A stretch of DNA of 64,000 nt. It comes from Saonia sp. (GTDB taxonomy: Bacteria > Bacteroidota > Bacteroidia > Flavobacteriales > Flavobacteriaceae). Location: NCBI GenBank assembly GCA_049670505.1, contig JBATTK010000133.1, positions 4,681-68,680 of the forward strand. The letters run 5' to 3'. Below, piece after piece: positions 49,433 through 59,468 of this stretch. A program made the position numbers and the translations under genes. Under the pieces are notes generated by a model. That model searched no databases. It saw only the letters and a list, made by a program, of their open reading frames with translations, and was not told the origin of the DNA. How positions within the stretch are numbered: the first letter of the stretch is position 1; the number at the start of each line of letters is the position of its first letter.

Positions 49433-49510
49433 CATCTAACATCTAACATCTAACATCTAACATCTAACATCTAACATCTAACATCTAACATCTAACATCT
49501 AACATCTAAC
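49433..49510. repeat. (CATCTAA)x11 perfect tandem heptamer ending 2 nt before the ruvA ATG
   Basis: Direct reading: 11 perfect copies at 49433-49509, then c-at-ATG (ATG at 49513). Confidence 0.95.
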
Positions 49511-49512
49511 AT

Positions 49513-50094
49513 ATGATAACCCATCTAAAGGGAAAATTGGTTGAAAAGAACCCCACTTATGTGATTATTGAATGCGCTGGCGTAGGCTATTTTGTAAATA
49601 TTTCACTGCATACATTTTCCAAGATAGAGGATACGGAAAATATACAGTTGTTTACGCATCTTCAGGTAAAGGAGGATTCCCATACTTTGTTCGGTTTTGC
49701 GGAGAAATCCGAGCGCGACATATTCCGGTTATTAATATCGGTTTCCGGGATCGGTTCAAGTACGGCAAGGACTATGCTGTCTTCCATGTCACCTTTCCAG
49801 ATCAGGGATGCAATCGCCCTGGGAGATGTAGCATCCATACAAGCGGTAAAAGGCATTGGTCTCAAAACTGCACAGCGGGTAATTTTGGATTTAAAGGACA
49901 AGGTTTTAAAAATCTACGATATTGACGAAGTTTCCACTATTTCAAACAATACAAATAAAGAAGAAGCGTTATCTGCATTAGAGGTTCTTGGATTTGTCAG
50001 AAAACACGCCGAAAAGGCTGTTGACAGGGTTTTAAGCCAAGATTCTTCGCTAAGCGTAGAGGACATTATAAAATATACGCTGAAAAATTTGTAA
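49513..50094 (+). CDS. ruvA: Holliday junction DNA helicase subunit RuvA
   Basis: MITHLKGKL..GVGY start and HhH motifs (VSGIGSSTA, VKGIGLKTAQRV). 193 aa. Confidence 0.9.
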   Translation: MITHLKGKLVEKNPTYVIIECAGVGYFVNISLHTFSKIEDTENIQLFTHLQVKEDSHTLFGFAEKSERDIFRLLISVSGIGSSTARTMLSSMSPFQIRDAIALGDVASIQAVKGIGLKTAQRVILDLKDKVLKIYDIDEVSTISNNTNKEEALSALEVLGFVRKHAEKAVDRVLSQDSSLSVEDIIKYTLKNL

Positions 50095-50099
50095 TAAGT

Positions 50100-53000
50100 T
50101 TGAAAACAGGGGCAAAATTATTTCTTAAATCATCTTTATTTAAGCTTTTTTTCCTATCCGTCATTTTTCTTGGGGCCACACAAATTACCATGGCCCAAGA
50201 AACCAATGAACAGGAAGTGGATTCCGTTACCCAAGAGAGGGATTCCGTTAAAACAGGATTTGCTTTAGGTAGGATAGCTATTCAAAACCCCAACAGTATA
50301 GTTTCCAAATATATTTATGACCCTAAATTAGACCGATATGTCTATTCGGAGAGTGTAGGTGATTTTAATATCAGCTATCCCATAATCCTTACCCCTGAGC
50401 AGTACAGGGAGCTCGTCCGAAAAGAGGATATGAAGTCCTACTTTAAAGAAAAAATAGATGCCTTTTCCGGTAAAAAAGAGGGGAGTGAGGAAGCTCGGAA
50501 AAATCTATTGCCCAATTTTTATGTCAATAGTAGCTTTTTTGAGTCCGTATTCGGTGGGAATACCATAGAGGTAATTCCGCAAGGTTCGGTAGCCATCGAT
50601 CTTGGGGTTATTTGGCAAAAAAATGACAATCCGGCCCTATCACCTAGAAACCGTACGAACCTTTCTTTTGATTTTGATCAGCGCATCAGCCTTAGTATGC
50701 TAGGGAAAGTAGGGGAACGGTTACAAGTGACGGCAAATTATGATACCGAGGCGACTTTTGATTTTCAAAATCTGGTAAAACTGGACTATACACCAACCGA
50801 GGACGATATCATACAGTCCATAGAAGTAGGTAATGTAAATATGCCCCTAAATAGTTCGCTTATTACCGGTGCACAAAGTTTGTTCGGGGTAAAAACAAAA
50901 TTACAATTCGGCAGTACTACGGTAACAGCCGTTTTTTCCGAACAACGTTCCCAAAGTAATACGGTAGTTGCACAAGGGGGAGGCACGGTAAACGATTTTG
51001 AAATAACAGCCTTGGATTATGATGAGGATAAACACTTTTTCCTCGCACAATTCTTTAGGGACCAGTATGATGACGCACTTGCAAATTATCCGTTTATTCG
51101 AAGTCAGGTACAAATAACACGTTTAGAGGTATGGGTCACGAACAGAAGTCAACAGACGCTGAATGTAAGAAATGTGGTGGCCATTCAGGATTTGGGAGAG
51201 TTCAATTCGGATCAGACAAGAATAGGACAGCAAAACGGTGACCCGGCAGGTTTTTTTAATATTTCTTCCGCTGGGGATTTGCCAAGGAATAATGCCAATG
51301 ATTATGATCCTGAATTAATTGGTACTGCCGAGGGAGTTTTAACACCGGCCATCCGCGATATCGCTACAGTGGATGATGGATTTAACATTACAGGACCCTA
51401 CACGGCCAACGAAGGGTTTGATTATGCCATACTGGAAAATGCGAGAAAGTTAGATCAGGGAAGGGATTATCAATTCAATACCCAATTGGGCTATATCTCC
51501 CTAAACCAACGTCTAAGTAACGATGAGGTACTGGGAGTGGCCTTTCAGTATACTTTCAATGGAGAAGTGTACCAGGTAGGGGAATTTGCAAATGGAGGTG
51601 TCGATGCCACTACGGTAGCGCCGGGCGTTGATAATCCGATCATCAACAATAACACCTTGGTGCTAAAACTTCTAAAAAGTAATATCACCAATGTTAGCGA
51701 TCCTATTTGGGATCTGATGATGAAGAATATTTATTCAACAGGTGCTTTTCAGTTAAGTCAAGAAGACTTTAGGTTGAATATCCTGTATTCCGATCCTACC
51801 CCCAGAAACTACATCACTCCTGTTGAGCCTTTTCCCGTAATCGGGGGAGTACCGTTGGAAGAACGTATTTTATTGGATGTCTTTAATTGGGATCGGTTAA
51901 ATGTTTACAATGACGTACAGCCCAGAGGTGATGGTTTTTTTGATTTTGTATCCGGAATAACCGTAGATACCCAATCGGGAAGTGTTATTTTCACTAAGGT
52001 AGAACCTTTTGGTGAATTCTTGTTCGAATTGCTCGGGGGAGGAGTCTATGACGTGGAAAACGATCAAGGCTATAATGAAAATCAGCAAAAGTATGTTTTT
52101 AGAAATCTGTATGCGAATACCAAAGCGGCATCTTTGCAAGATGCGGAGAAAAATAGATTTTTATTAAAAGGGCGCTACAAGTCAGAAGGGAGCAATGGTA
52201 TTCCCATTGGGGCGTTTAATGTGCCTAGAGGTTCGGTAAGGGTTACTGCGGGAGGAAGGCAATTACAGGAAGGCATAGATTATACGGTAAACTATCAGGC
52301 GGGAACGGTACAGATCATTGATCCCAGCTTGGAAAATTCCGATACCCCTATCAATATTTCCGTAGAAAACAACGCTGTTTTTGGACAACAGACCAGAAGG
52401 TTTGCCGGAATTAATGTGGAGCATCAATTTAATGAAAAATTTGTTTTAGGCGGAACCTTTTTGAACCTGAACGAGCGTCCCTTGACACAAAAAGCGAATT
52501 TTGGGGTAGAACCGGTGAACAATACGATATTTGGTCTGAACGGAAATTTTTCTACCGAGGTTCCCTTCCTCACCAGATTGGTAAATAAACTACCTAATGT
52601 AGATACCGATGTGCCTTCTAACGTATCCATTCGTGGGGAAGTGGCATTTTTAAAGCCCAATTCTCCCAAAAACGCGGATTTTCAGGGAGAGACTACCACC
52701 TATGTAGATGATTTTGAGGGTGCTCAGGCTTTGATCGATATACGATCATCGTTGGGATGGTCCTTGGCAAGTACGCCCTTGGAATTTTTAAATGAGAGCG
52801 AAGATGATTTGGAAACGGGTTATGAGCGGGGAAAAATGGCATGGTATACCATAGATCCCATCTTTTATACCAATCAGCGCCCCTCCGGTATTAGTGATAA
52901 TGACATTTCTACCAATGCGGCACGTAGGGTATTCGTTGATGAAGTCTTCCCCCAGATAGATATTGCCCAAGGACAGACCACGGTTCAGAACACCTTGGAC

Positions 53001-56000
53001 TTAGTTTATTACCCCAATCAAAAAGGACCTTATAACAACAACCCGAATTTTGAAGCTGAGCAACCCAACGAAAAATGGGGCGGTATCATGCGGTCTTTGA
53101 GCAGCACCAATTTTGAACAGTCCAATGTAGAATTTGTACAATTTTGGGTCTTAGATCCTTATGTAGACGGTATTGCTACAGGAACGGGAGAACTGGTCAT
53201 TAACCTTGGGAATATCTCCGAGGATATATTGGATGACGGAAGAAAACAATATGAAAATGGGCTTCCGGGCGTCAACAGTAACGATCTAACGACCCCTACC
53301 GTATGGGGTAGGGTGCCCTCAACACAATCTTTGGTCTACGCATTTGATGCCGACGAAACCAATAGGGGTTTACAGGATTTAGGGTTCGATGGTAATGATG
53401 ATAATGACGAGGCATCCATTTACACGAATAACACGGGTAGCGACCCTGCTTTGGATAACTATCAATACTATTTAAATAGGGATGGCAATATCTTGGAACG
53501 CTATTTGGATTTTAATAACCCGCAAGGGAATTCACCTGTAGAGGTAACCAATACCAATAGGGGCTCTACCACCTTGCCCGATGTGGAGGATATTGATAGG
53601 GACCTTACCATGAATACGGTGAACAGTTACTATGAGTACAGAATACAGATTAAGCCCAATACCACTATAGATGACCAATACGTGACCGATATTCGGGAAC
53701 AGGTATTATCCGGAAGCCGTATTCCCAACGGAACGGAAGTCAGGGGTCGTTGGATACAATATAAGATTCCGTTAACCGATTTCACAAATGCCGTTGGCGG
53801 AATTGCCGATTTTAGGTCCATCAGTTTTATGCGGATGTACCTTACCGGTTTTTCGGACGATGTGATTTTACGTTTTGCGACCTTGGACCTGGTCAGGGGA
53901 GATTGGCGAACCTATACCAGAACGCTTCAGACCGATGAGGACGATCCCGCCGATGATGGCACTACCTTGGACGTAAACGCCGTTAATATAGAGGAAAACG
54001 AAGATAGGATACCTATTCCCTATGTGCTGCCTCCAGGAGTGGTGAGGGAACAATTGAACAATAACAATACAATTATTCGCCAAAATGAACAATCCTTGTC
54101 CATTATCGTAGAAAACTTGGAACCGGAAGATTCAAGAGGTGTTTTTAAGAACATTAACATAGATGTGCGTCAATATGAAAAAATGCGGATGTTTATGCAT
54201 GCCGAAAAGGTAAGTGACGGGGATTATGGAGATGATGAGACGCCCTTGGTAGGTTTTTTACGGATAGGAACCGACTTCTCCCAGAATTTTTATCAGATAG
54301 AATTGCCTTTGCGATTTACTCCCTTTGGTTCTGCTGCCCCTGACGATGTTTGGCCAGAAGAAAACGAATTAAATTTTTCATTGGACGATTTAAGGAGGGT
54401 AAAGACGGAGGGAATAGCAAACGGAACTTTGGGCGAAATCAATTTTTATGAAATCGTTGATGGAGAAGTGGTGTTGGTAGATGAATTTGCTCCAAGGACA
54501 TTGGGGAGAATACGTATAGGAATACGGGGTAATCCTTCGTTGGGCAGTATCAGGGGTATGATGGTCGGGATTAAAAATATAGACAATCTACCGGCCCGGG
54601 GAGAAATATGGTATAATGAACTGCGTTTGGCAGGTTTGGATAACAATGGTGGTTGGGCGGCAGTTGCCGCCATAGATGCAAATATGGCGGATTTCGCCAA
54701 TGTAACGGCCACTGGAGCCAGAAGTACATCCGGTTTTGGAGCTTTGGACCAAAGGCCAAATGAACGATTACGGGAAGATGCCATATCCTATGATGTGGTG
54801 ACCAATGTGAATGTGGGCCAATTGTTCCCTAAAAAATGGGGGCTTCAAATTCCTTTCAATTATGGTATCGCGGAACAATTGATCACTCCGGAATTTGATC
54901 CCGTATACGACGACCTTAAATTGGATGACCGTATCGCTGCTGCGGATACACCCGAGGAAGCGGAAACGATAAAACAACAGGCAGAGGATTATACCAAAAG
55001 GACAAGTATTAACTTTATTGGTGTTAGAAAAGATAGGGGAGAGGAAGCAGAGGCCAATTTCTATGATATAGAAAATTTTACGTTCAACTACTCCTATAAT
55101 GAAACCGATCACCGCGATTTTGAAATTGCGAGCCTAAGAGATCAAAATGTAGTCACCGGTTTTGTCTATAATCACAGCTTTAAGCCGGCACCCGTAGCTC
55201 CTTTTGCCAAAAAGGATTCTCTGTTTACGGGCCAATATTGGCAATGGCTAAAGGAGTTGAATTTTAATCTCTTGCCCACTAGCATATCGGTAAACTCCAA
55301 TATCAATAGGGCTTTTAATCAACAGCGGTTCAGGGATGTTTTGGAACCGGGAGTAGAAGCTCTGGATTTGCCCTTGTTGCAGCAACGCAATTATTTGTTC
55401 AATTGGCAATATGCCTTAAATTATAGTTTGACCAAATCTTTACGGGTAAACCTAACCGCATCCAACAACAACATTGTCCGGAATTATTTTGAAGAAGAAG
55501 GAGATCCCAGTTCCCTTATAGACCCCGACCTTAATCTATGGGACGGTTTCTTTGATGTGGGGGAACCCAATAGGCATTCGCAGCAGATGCAGGTTAACTA
55601 TGAATTGCCCTTGAACAAAATACCTGCTCTGGATTTTATCAATGCCCAGTACACCTATACCAGTAATTTTGATTGGCAACGTGGGGGGGATGCCCTCAAC
55701 GAGGTAATCCGCACTACTCCAGGACAAGAAGGGGTATCCATTAGTACGGTACAAAATGCCAACACCCATAATTTGACCGCTGCATTGAGTATGCAACGTT
55801 TCTACGACCGTATCGGTTTAAAGAAAAGGGGAAGTAAAGGAACAGCTACCAATAACAATTTCCGAAGGGATAAAGCTGGAAACGCTGCGGAGGGAGATCA
55901 GAAAAAACCTAAAGGAAAGACCAGTGGCCTATTTAACACGGTAGTAGATATTGTGACTATGGTAAAACGGTTGAACATCAACTATAACGAAAGTAATGGA

Positions 56001-57281
56001 ACCGTACTTCCGGGATATACCCAGTCAGTAGGTTTTGTAGGAACTACCAGACCCACCTTGGGCTTTGTGTTCGGTAGTCAATCCGATGTGCGTTTTGAAG
56101 CCGCACGTAATGGATGGTTGACCACCTTTCCCGAGTTTAACGAGCAATTTATACAGCGCACCAATAAACAACTTAATATTACCGCTACCGCACAGCCTAC
56201 GCAAGACCTTACCATAGATTTAGTGGCGGATAGGCAATTTTCCAGTAGCTTTCAGGAGAACTTTAACATAGAGGACGGTGAATATGTGCCCTTGACCCCC
56301 AATACCTTTGGTAATTTCAGTATTTCAACGGTAATGATCGGGACCATCTTTGGTAAGAGCGACGAGTTTGACTCCGAGGCCTTCGAAACTTTTAAGGACA
56401 ATAGGATTACCATAGCGAATAGGTTGGTTGCCGATCGAAATCAGGATACCGGTAATGTAGATGCCGATGGTTTCCCCGAGCTTTATGGAAAAACAAGTCA
56501 GGATGTACTGCTGCCCGCTTTCTTTGCCGCCTATACGGGTCAGAGTGCGGATCGTGTAAATTTGGATGCGTTCAGGGATATCCCCATTCCCAATTGGAAT
56601 ATTAAGTATACCGGTCTTATGAAGAACAAATGGTTCAAGAAAAAGTTCAAACGTTTTTCTTTAAGCCATGGTTATAGGGCTTCCTACAGCATCAATTCCT
56701 TTCAGACCAATTTGGTAAGAACGCAACTTGAAACAGAAAACGCACCTACCGTAGATCCTGTAACAGAGGATCAATTACCAGTGAATATTATAAATAATGT
56801 GGTGCTCAACGATCAGTTCAATCCCTTGGTGCGGGTAGATTTTGAGATGAAGAACTCGTTGAGCGTTATTGCCGAGGTACGAACGGATAGGGCCTTGTCC
56901 TTAAGTTTCGATAACAATCTCCTAACGGAGATCAACGGCAAGGAATATACCGTTGGATTGGGTTATCGATTTAAAGATGTAAAGTTCGTAACGAATATAG
57001 GGGGAGAAAAACAACGTTTAAAGGGCGACCTTAACCTTAAGGCCGATGTATCTCTTAGGGATAACATAACGATTATTAGAAATTTGGATATCGATAACAA
57101 CCAGATTACCTCCGGACAGAACTTATTGTCCATAAAGTTTACTGCGGATTATGCCTTGAACAAAAATCTAAATGCGCTATTTTTCTACGATCATTCTTTT
57201 TCTCAATTCGCCGTGTCAACGGCTTTCCCGCAAACCACTATAAATGCGGGCTTTACAATTAGATATAATTTTGGAAACTAA
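50100..57281 (+). CDS. sprA: T9SS translocon / gliding-motility cell-surface protein SprA
   Basis: 2393-aa beta-rich outer-membrane protein with a signal peptide. The ruvA-sprA synteny is typical of Flavobacteriia. A TTG start at 50100 is needed to include the signal peptide. Confidence 0.9.
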   Translation: MKTGAKLFLKSSLFKLFFLSVIFLGATQITMAQETNEQEVDSVTQERDSVKTGFALGRIAIQNPNSIVSKYIYDPKLDRYVYSESVGDFNISYPIILTPEQYRELVRKEDMKSYFKEKIDAFSGKKEGSEEARKNLLPNFYVNSSFFESVFGGNTIEVIPQGSVAIDLGVIWQKNDNPALSPRNRTNLSFDFDQRISLSMLGKVGERLQVTANYDTEATFDFQNLVKLDYTPTEDDIIQSIEVGNVNMPLNSSLITGAQSLFGVKTKLQFGSTTVTAVFSEQRSQSNTVVAQGGGTVNDFEITALDYDEDKHFFLAQFFRDQYDDALANYPFIRSQVQITRLEVWVTNRSQQTLNVRNVVAIQDLGEFNSDQTRIGQQNGDPAGFFNISSAGDLPRNNANDYDPELIGTAEGVLTPAIRDIATVDDGFNITGPYTANEGFDYAILENARKLDQGRDYQFNTQLGYISLNQRLSNDEVLGVAFQYTFNGEVYQVGEFANGGVDATTVAPGVDNPIINNNTLVLKLLKSNITNVSDPIWDLMMKNIYSTGAFQLSQEDFRLNILYSDPTPRNYITPVEPFPVIGGVPLEERILLDVFNWDRLNVYNDVQPRGDGFFDFVSGITVDTQSGSVIFTKVEPFGEFLFELLGGGVYDVENDQGYNENQQKYVFRNLYANTKAASLQDAEKNRFLLKGRYKSEGSNGIPIGAFNVPRGSVRVTAGGRQLQEGIDYTVNYQAGTVQIIDPSLENSDTPINISVENNAVFGQQTRRFAGINVEHQFNEKFVLGGTFLNLNERPLTQKANFGVEPVNNTIFGLNGNFSTEVPFLTRLVNKLPNVDTDVPSNVSIRGEVAFLKPNSPKNADFQGETTTYVDDFEGAQALIDIRSSLGWSLASTPLEFLNESEDDLETGYERGKMAWYTIDPIFYTNQRPSGISDNDISTNAARRVFVDEVFPQIDIAQGQTTVQNTLDLVYYPNQKGPYNNNPNFEAEQPNEKWGGIMRSLSSTNFEQSNVEFVQFWVLDPYVDGIATGTGELVINLGNISEDILDDGRKQYENGLPGVNSNDLTTPTVWGRVPSTQSLVYAFDADETNRGLQDLGFDGNDDNDEASIYTNNTGSDPALDNYQYYLNRDGNILERYLDFNNPQGNSPVEVTNTNRGSTTLPDVEDIDRDLTMNTVNSYYEYRIQIKPNTTIDDQYVTDIREQVLSGSRIPNGTEVRGRWIQYKIPLTDFTNAVGGIADFRSISFMRMYLTGFSDDVILRFATLDLVRGDWRTYTRTLQTDEDDPADDGTTLDVNAVNIEENEDRIPIPYVLPPGVVREQLNNNNTIIRQNEQSLSIIVENLEPEDSRGVFKNINIDVRQYEKMRMFMHAEKVSDGDYGDDETPLVGFLRIGTDFSQNFYQIELPLRFTPFGSAAPDDVWPEENELNFSLDDLRRVKTEGIANGTLGEINFYEIVDGEVVLVDEFAPRTLGRIRIGIRGNPSLGSIRGMMVGIKNIDNLPARGEIWYNELRLAGLDNNGGWAAVAAIDANMADFANVTATGARSTSGFGALDQRPNERLREDAISYDVVTNVNVGQLFPKKWGLQIPFNYGIAEQLITPEFDPVYDDLKLDDRIAAADTPEEAETIKQQAEDYTKRTSINFIGVRKDRGEEAEANFYDIENFTFNYSYNETDHRDFEIASLRDQNVVTGFVYNHSFKPAPVAPFAKKDSLFTGQYWQWLKELNFNLLPTSISVNSNINRAFNQQRFRDVLEPGVEALDLPLLQQRNYLFNWQYALNYSLTKSLRVNLTASNNNIVRNYFEEEGDPSSLIDPDLNLWDGFFDVGEPNRHSQQMQVNYELPLNKIPALDFINAQYTYTSNFDWQRGGDALNEVIRTTPGQEGVSISTVQNANTHNLTAALSMQRFYDRIGLKKRGSKGTATNNNFRRDKAGNAAEGDQKKPKGKTSGLFNTVVDIVTMVKRLNINYNESNGTVLPGYTQSVGFVGTTRPTLGFVFGSQSDVRFEAARNGWLTTFPEFNEQFIQRTNKQLNITATAQPTQDLTIDLVADRQFSSSFQENFNIEDGEYVPLTPNTFGNFSISTVMIGTIFGKSDEFDSEAFETFKDNRITIANRLVADRNQDTGNVDADGFPELYGKTSQDVLLPAFFAAYTGQSADRVNLDAFRDIPIPNWNIKYTGLMKNKWFKKKFKRFSLSHGYRASYSINSFQTNLVRTQLETENAPTVDPVTEDQLPVNIINNVVLNDQFNPLVRVDFEMKNSLSVIAEVRTDRALSLSFDNNLLTEINGKEYTVGLGYRFKDVKFVTNIGGEKQRLKGDLNLKADVSLRDNITIIRNLDIDNNQITSGQNLLSIKFTADYALNKNLNALFFYDHSFSQFAVSTAFPQTTINAGFTIRYNFGN

Positions 57282-57311
57282 GGCCTGAAAAGCTCAAGTT
57301 TTCCAAAGACC

Positions 57312-57523
57312 TAAGGACAAAAGACAAAAGACAAAAGACGAAAGACGGAAGACGGAAGACCGGAAATCAGTGTTCGGAAACTAGAAACTGAAAACCAAGA
57401 CCTTGAACCTTAACCCTTGAGCCAAACTCCTAGAAACCAGAAACGGAACTCCTGCCAACTGACACTGCTTACTGAAGACTGTTTTTCCAAAAACCAAAAC
57501 CTTGAACCGTAAACCTTGAACTT
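57312..57523. repeat. heptamer-periodic intergenic repeat tract
   Basis: aaaagac x3, gaaagac, ggaagac x2 (57319-57360). Degenerate 7-nt units follow (cttgaac cttaacc cttgagc ... cttgaac cgtaaac cttgaac). Confidence 0.8.
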
Positions 57524-57526
57524 ATT

Positions 57527-57558
57527 TTTGAATACCTAGGTTTAATCTTTTACTTTTG
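57527..57558 (+). promoter_or_regulatory. candidate Bacteroidota-type promoter for gcvH
   Basis: TTTG (57527-57530), a 20-nt spacer, then TACTTTTG (57551-57558, matching TAnnTTTG). Lies 25 nt upstream of the ATG. Confidence 0.45.
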
Positions 57559-57582
57559 CTAGCATAACTTTAAATATAAAAA

Positions 57583-57963
57583 ATGAATATACCGGCCGAA
57601 TTAAAGTATACCAAAGATCATGAATGGGTGAAAATAGAAGGCGATGTAGCCACTGTTGGGATAACCGATTTTGCCCAAGGAGAATTGGGAGACATTGTTT
57701 ATGTAGAAGTAGAGACCTTGGACGAAACTTTGGACAAAGATGAGGTTTTTGGAACAGTGGAGGCCGTAAAGACGGTTTCCGACCTTTTCCTACCACTCAG
57801 TGGAGAAATCATAGCATTTAATGAGGCTCTGGAGGACGAACCGGAAAAGGTAAATTCCGATCCCTACAATGAAGGGTGGATGATAAAAATAAAAATAAGT
57901 GATGCATCTGAAATAGAAGCTTTAATGAGCGATTCGGATTACAAAGAAGTCATAGGTGCTTAA
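57583..57963 (+). CDS. gcvH: glycine cleavage system H protein
   Basis: Lipoyl-lysine motif VEAVKTVSD. 126 aa. Confidence 0.95.
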   Translation: MNIPAELKYTKDHEWVKIEGDVATVGITDFAQGELGDIVYVEVETLDETLDKDEVFGTVEAVKTVSDLFLPLSGEIIAFNEALEDEPEKVNSDPYNEGWMIKIKISDASEIEALMSDSDYKEVIGA

Positions 57964-58360
57964 AAGGCATTTGTTTACGATAATTTTTATAAGTTGGATG
58001 GTGTTTATAACAGTATTCAGCTTATTTTCTTTTCCGGATGATACCTTGGCAATAGATATAGAAATCCCTCATTTGGACAAAGTGGTACATTTCATATTTT
58101 ATTTTATGGTGGTAATCTTGGGTAGCCTGTTTCTATGGGAAACAAGAAGGGATAGGTTACGTTTGGTAAATGCTGTTCTCATAGCCCTATGTTTTGCCAT
58201 TTTTTATGGTATAATTATTGAGGTTATTCAAAGTAAGTTTACGGTTAAAAGAGAAGGTGATCTATGGGATATTGTAGCAAATAGCATAGGAGCTTTAACG
58301 GGAACAATAGTTATAAAATTCATCTTTTCCGAGAAAAGGCGGTTAAAATGGAAGAATTAA
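57956..58360 (+). CDS. VanZ-family membrane protein
   Basis: Four TM segments and the VanZ-like DKVVHF pattern. The start is uncertain (GTG 57956 or ATG 57998). Confidence 0.6.
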   Translation: MLKRHLFTIIFISWMVFITVFSLFSFPDDTLAIDIEIPHLDKVVHFIFYFMVVILGSLFLWETRRDRLRLVNAVLIALCFAIFYGIIIEVIQSKFTVKREGDLWDIVANSIGALTGTIVIKFIFSEKRRLKWKN

Positions 58361-58413
58361 TTGTTTTTTTAGTAAATAAATAATTAAATTAGCGAACATT
58401 AAAAAGAATAATT

Positions 58414-59118
58414 ATGGAACCAAAAAAGAATCCAGAAGCCGATTTAACAAGAAATAGTAGTCTCTATTTCGTCATAGGTCTGGCCTTGGTCATGCTTATC
58501 GTTTGGAGAGGCTTGGAATGGAAGACGTACGATGACGATGGTAATTTTGATTACACATTGAACGTAGAGGATGAATTGGATGAAGAAGTTCCGATGACCG
58601 AACAGATTAAAACACCTCCACCCCCTCCACCTCCGGCAGCACCAGAGGTGATAGAAATAGTGGAAGATGAGGAAGAAGTTGAAGAAACTGTGATAGAATC
58701 TACGGAAACAAGTCAGGATGAAGAAGTTATAGAGGTAGATGACGTGGCCGTGGAAGAGGATTTTGAAGATGTGGATGTACCTTTTGCCGTAATTGAGGAC
58801 GTGCCGATTTTTCCGGGATGCGAAAGTAAAAGTGATAAGAGGGCATGTTTTAATGAAATGATGCAAAAGCATATCCGTAAAAACTTCCGTTATCCCGAGA
58901 TTGCTCAGGAGATGGGCGTCCAAGGTAGGGTGAGCGTTATGTTTACCATTCAAAAAGATGGTAGTATAGGAAACGTGAGAATGCGTGGACCTGATAAAAA
59001 TTTAGAAAAGGAAGCTGCACGGATTATAGGCAAGCTTCCAAAAATGACTCCTGGAAAACAAAGAGGTAGAGCGGTAAGGGTTCCATTTAGTATTCCAATC
59101 ACCTTTAAGCTACAGTAA
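58414..59118 (+). CDS. energy transducer TonB (paralog 1)
   Basis: N-terminal TM anchor, a Pro-rich/acidic linker (PPPPPPPAAPE), and a TonB C-terminal domain (..YPEIAQEMGVQGRV..). Confidence 0.85.
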   Translation: MEPKKNPEADLTRNSSLYFVIGLALVMLIVWRGLEWKTYDDDGNFDYTLNVEDELDEEVPMTEQIKTPPPPPPPAAPEVIEIVEDEEEVEETVIESTETSQDEEVIEVDDVAVEEDFEDVDVPFAVIEDVPIFPGCESKSDKRACFNEMMQKHIRKNFRYPEIAQEMGVQGRVSVMFTIQKDGSIGNVRMRGPDKNLEKEAARIIGKLPKMTPGKQRGRAVRVPFSIPITFKLQ

Positions 59119-59147
59119 AAAGGCCTTACAATATTATTCTAAACATT

Positions 59148-59176
59148 CCCCGGCCCTTGGGTCGGGGTTTCTTATT
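59148..59176 (+). terminator. terminator hairpin after tonB paralog 1
   Basis: CCCCGGCC-cttg-GGTCGGGG stem (one G:U pair) followed by tttcttattt. Confidence 0.6.
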
Positions 59177-59363
59177 TACCTCTTCCGCCAGCTGGCGGAC
59201 CATAACTGCCCCTTTCGGCAGTTCTGGGTGAGGTGAAAATATAAAATTTTGGTTTTTGGCCCCAAGGTCAAAATACCTGTATTGGGCTTCGTCGAAATGA
59301 AACCGAAAAAAGCACCCTCTATAGCTTATCTCGGAGATAGTCGGTTTCAAAAAAAAATTATTT

Positions 59364-59402
59364 AAAATCCCGTCCGCCAATTGGCAGGACGGGATTTTTT
59401 TT
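59364..59402 (+). terminator. strong rho-independent terminator with no annotated gene upstream
   Basis: ATCCCGTCC..GCCAATTGGC..GGACGGGAT stem followed by T8. It immediately follows a 22-codon ORF (59297-59365). Confidence 0.7.
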
Positions 59403-59468
59403 GGTACGCTTCTTGTGTTTTAACATATTGATAACATCCTGAATTTTCGGGATAAAAAACACATCATT

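Noticed and set aside
57282-57582. Glycine riboswitch upstream of gcvH
   Set aside because: The spacer consists of heptamer repeats and lacks the conserved glycine-aptamer core. The riboswitch also normally precedes gcvT, not a stand-alone gcvH.
59126-59380. 84-aa minus-strand ORF between the tonB genes
   Set aside because: It reads through three hairpin/palindrome elements and a terminator and has no motif. It is most likely a repeat-derived artefact.
59177-59468. Known riboswitch (for example cobalamin) in front of tonB paralog 2
   Set aside because: I could not find the B12-box or other conserved riboswitch cores that I can recognise. It is kept only as an unclassified structured spacer.
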